Assembly (NCBI GenBank): GCA_002104905.1
Contig: MCFE01000035.1
Location: 62,001 to 126,000, forward strand
DNA from: Basidiobolus meristosporus CBS 931.73
Lineage: Eukaryota; Fungi; Basidiobolomycota
DNA: 64,000 bases
Direction: 5' to 3'
This document shows, one piece after another, positions 62,348 to 64,000 of this stretch (its first letter is position 1; each line of letters opens with the position of its first letter). The translations under genes and the position numbers were made by a program. Below the pieces are notes generated by a model that was not told the DNA's origin, made no database searches, and worked only from the letters and a program-made list of their open reading frames with translations.

Positions 62348-63718
62348 ATGTTGTACTTGACTGCGGATCTATTTCCGGTATTCATTCCTTTTGGGATAGT
62401 CGGCCTCTATCGCTACCTGTGGTATGTGATCAAGCTTCTGGCGTACATGACTTACAAGCCACGAAGGCCGTTACCCAATCCAACCTACCACGCGCGACAG
62501 GATGTGACCATCGTAGTACCGACCATCGATGCCGGTGAGGAGTTCAAAGAGGCTGCACATTCATGGCTAATGAACGATCCCAAAGAGATTTTGATCATCA
62601 CGGAAACCAAAATGGTGGGCCCCTTGCAAGAATTGGCGAACCTGGTCAACCCAGAGAAGATTCGGGTGTTCTCGGTCCCAAAAGCCAACAAAAGGTTGCA
62701 AATGGTAGAGGGGATACGTCATGTCACCACAGAAATCCTAGTGTTTGCCGATGATGATGCGATATGGCCACCGACATTGCTTGACTACATCTTGGCATGC
62801 TTCGAGGATCGCAAGATGGGCGGTGTCGGCACTTCTCAGACAGTCAAAGCTGTTGGGAACTTTCAAACGGTCTGGGAGGTTTTGGCGGGATTTCGGTTGA
62901 CTCAAAGGAACATCGAGGTGGCTGCCTCGACCCACATAGATGGAGGAGTATGCTGTTTGTCTGGACGAACAGCTTGTTATCGTACCTGCATACTAAAGGA
63001 CCCAGCATTCATCCACGAGTTCACGAATGATTTCTGGTTGGGGAAGTACCAACTCAACTCGGGTGACGACAAGTTTCTAACTCGATGGGTGGTAAAAAAT
63101 GGATGGAATACTTACATACAGGCTTGTCCCGAGGCAGAGCTGCAGTCAACGTTTAAAAACAATTGGCGTTTTTTAAAGCAGGTCCTTCGCTGGACGCGGA
63201 ACACCTGGCGTTCTGATATCCGGTCGCTGTGCACCGAGCGTGTCATTTGGTACAGATACCCGTATGTTGCGTTTACCATGCTGGACAAATTCTTCAATCC
63301 AATCACTCTTTTGGCGGGACCAGTACTAGTTGGGCTCCTCTGCTACAAGTCGTTCAAAGGGAACTACCACTTGCCCCTATGGAATGTAGTCACATCCTAC
63401 ATCATCTGGCTGTTGATCACTCGCTGTGTCAAGTTGCTACCGCATTTCTGGCGTAGACCGCAGGATATCATCCATGTCCCAGCATTCCTGATCTTTAACT
63501 ACTACTTTTGCATCATGAAGATCTATGCGCTGTTCACTCTACATGTAACTGCGTGGGGTACTCGCCAGGGTGTCGATATAGATGACAACGAGAACGATGA
63601 GAAGGCCTTCTCGTCACACTTGGAGAACGATGAGAAAAAAATGAAGTTTCGAGATATCCCTGATCTCAAGATTGAGATGATACACGACACTCCAGAGATG
63701 TACCAGAATACTCATTGA
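62348..63718 (+). CDS. Processive family-2 glycosyltransferase, fungal Cps1/hyaluronan-synthase-like, single exon, 456 aa
   Basis: N-terminal TM, VFADDD (DxD), CLSGRTACYR, SGDDKFLT, QVLRW (QxxRW) and C-terminal TM helices. Confidence 0.88.
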   Translation: MLYLTADLFPVFIPFGIVGLYRYLWYVIKLLAYMTYKPRRPLPNPTYHARQDVTIVVPTIDAGEEFKEAAHSWLMNDPKEILIITETKMVGPLQELANLVNPEKIRVFSVPKANKRLQMVEGIRHVTTEILVFADDDAIWPPTLLDYILACFEDRKMGGVGTSQTVKAVGNFQTVWEVLAGFRLTQRNIEVAASTHIDGGVCCLSGRTACYRTCILKDPAFIHEFTNDFWLGKYQLNSGDDKFLTRWVVKNGWNTYIQACPEAELQSTFKNNWRFLKQVLRWTRNTWRSDIRSLCTERVIWYRYPYVAFTMLDKFFNPITLLAGPVLVGLLCYKSFKGNYHLPLWNVVTSYIIWLLITRCVKLLPHFWRRPQDIIHVPAFLIFNYYFCIMKIYALFTLHVTAWGTRQGVDIDDNENDEKAFSSHLENDEKKMKFRDIPDLKIEMIHDTPEMYQNTH

Positions 63719-64000
63719 GCTTTATCTAGCAGGAGGATTTTGAAGCAACTGTGTCTGGCGCAGGTGGTTGTGGTTCAAGAGCAGACTCTAAGTTTGATTT
63801 GCACCGTAAGACAGGAGTGTTCTTTTTTGGGTTGAAGATTTTAGTTTATTGAGGAATAGGTTTTATTTTATTACGAGACTGGTTTTACCCTACAAATTCG
63901 TGCTGGTTACTTCACCATAATTCCATGGAATATTGATGCACAAGCCCATTAGTCCAAACTCGCATTGAATAGATAAATATACTTTGAGATAGGTTTAGAG

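Overview
Eukaryotic, intron-containing fungal DNA. RTT109, fungal-type TFIIIA, ATP7 and a Cps1-like GT2 support a fungus; the many short introns would fit an early-diverging lineage, but that is inference. The window has two sharply separated compartments. (1) 1-~39,450 is a nested transposon graveyard almost devoid of CpG. It holds a full-length but mutated Ty3/Gypsy element inserted in a CACTA-like element, a chimeric second Ty3 copy with a triplicated gag-protease block, Ty1/Copia fragments and a solo LTR. It also holds a complete family of PHIS-superfamily DNA transposons with AGACTTGTTCC termini and ANT target duplications (Pangu-type): one 3.5-kb two-gene copy, two decayed copies, two 211-bp MITEs, one 734-bp fully palindromic foldback and a half-deleted foldback. 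(2) ~39,450-64,000 is gene-dense with normal CpG and carries 11 genes: HIBCH/EHD3, AlkB (ALKBH2/3-like), THG1, a CFEM-like GPI protein, UBP15/USP7, TFIIIA, CAF-1 large subunit, RTT109, ATP7, a long-chain acyl-CoA synthetase and a Cps1-like GT2. The most notable signals are four. The Pangu-type family, whose youngest copy has a CpG-free transposase next to a CpG-rich partner gene. The abrupt CpG boundary. The tail-to-tail adjacency of RTT109 and CAF-1 p150, consecutive steps of one pathway. A CAF-1 N-terminal domain resembling plant FAS1. No tRNA, rRNA or CRISPR array was recognised. No tools were available, so counts are by eye and family assignments need HMM or phylogenetic confirmation.
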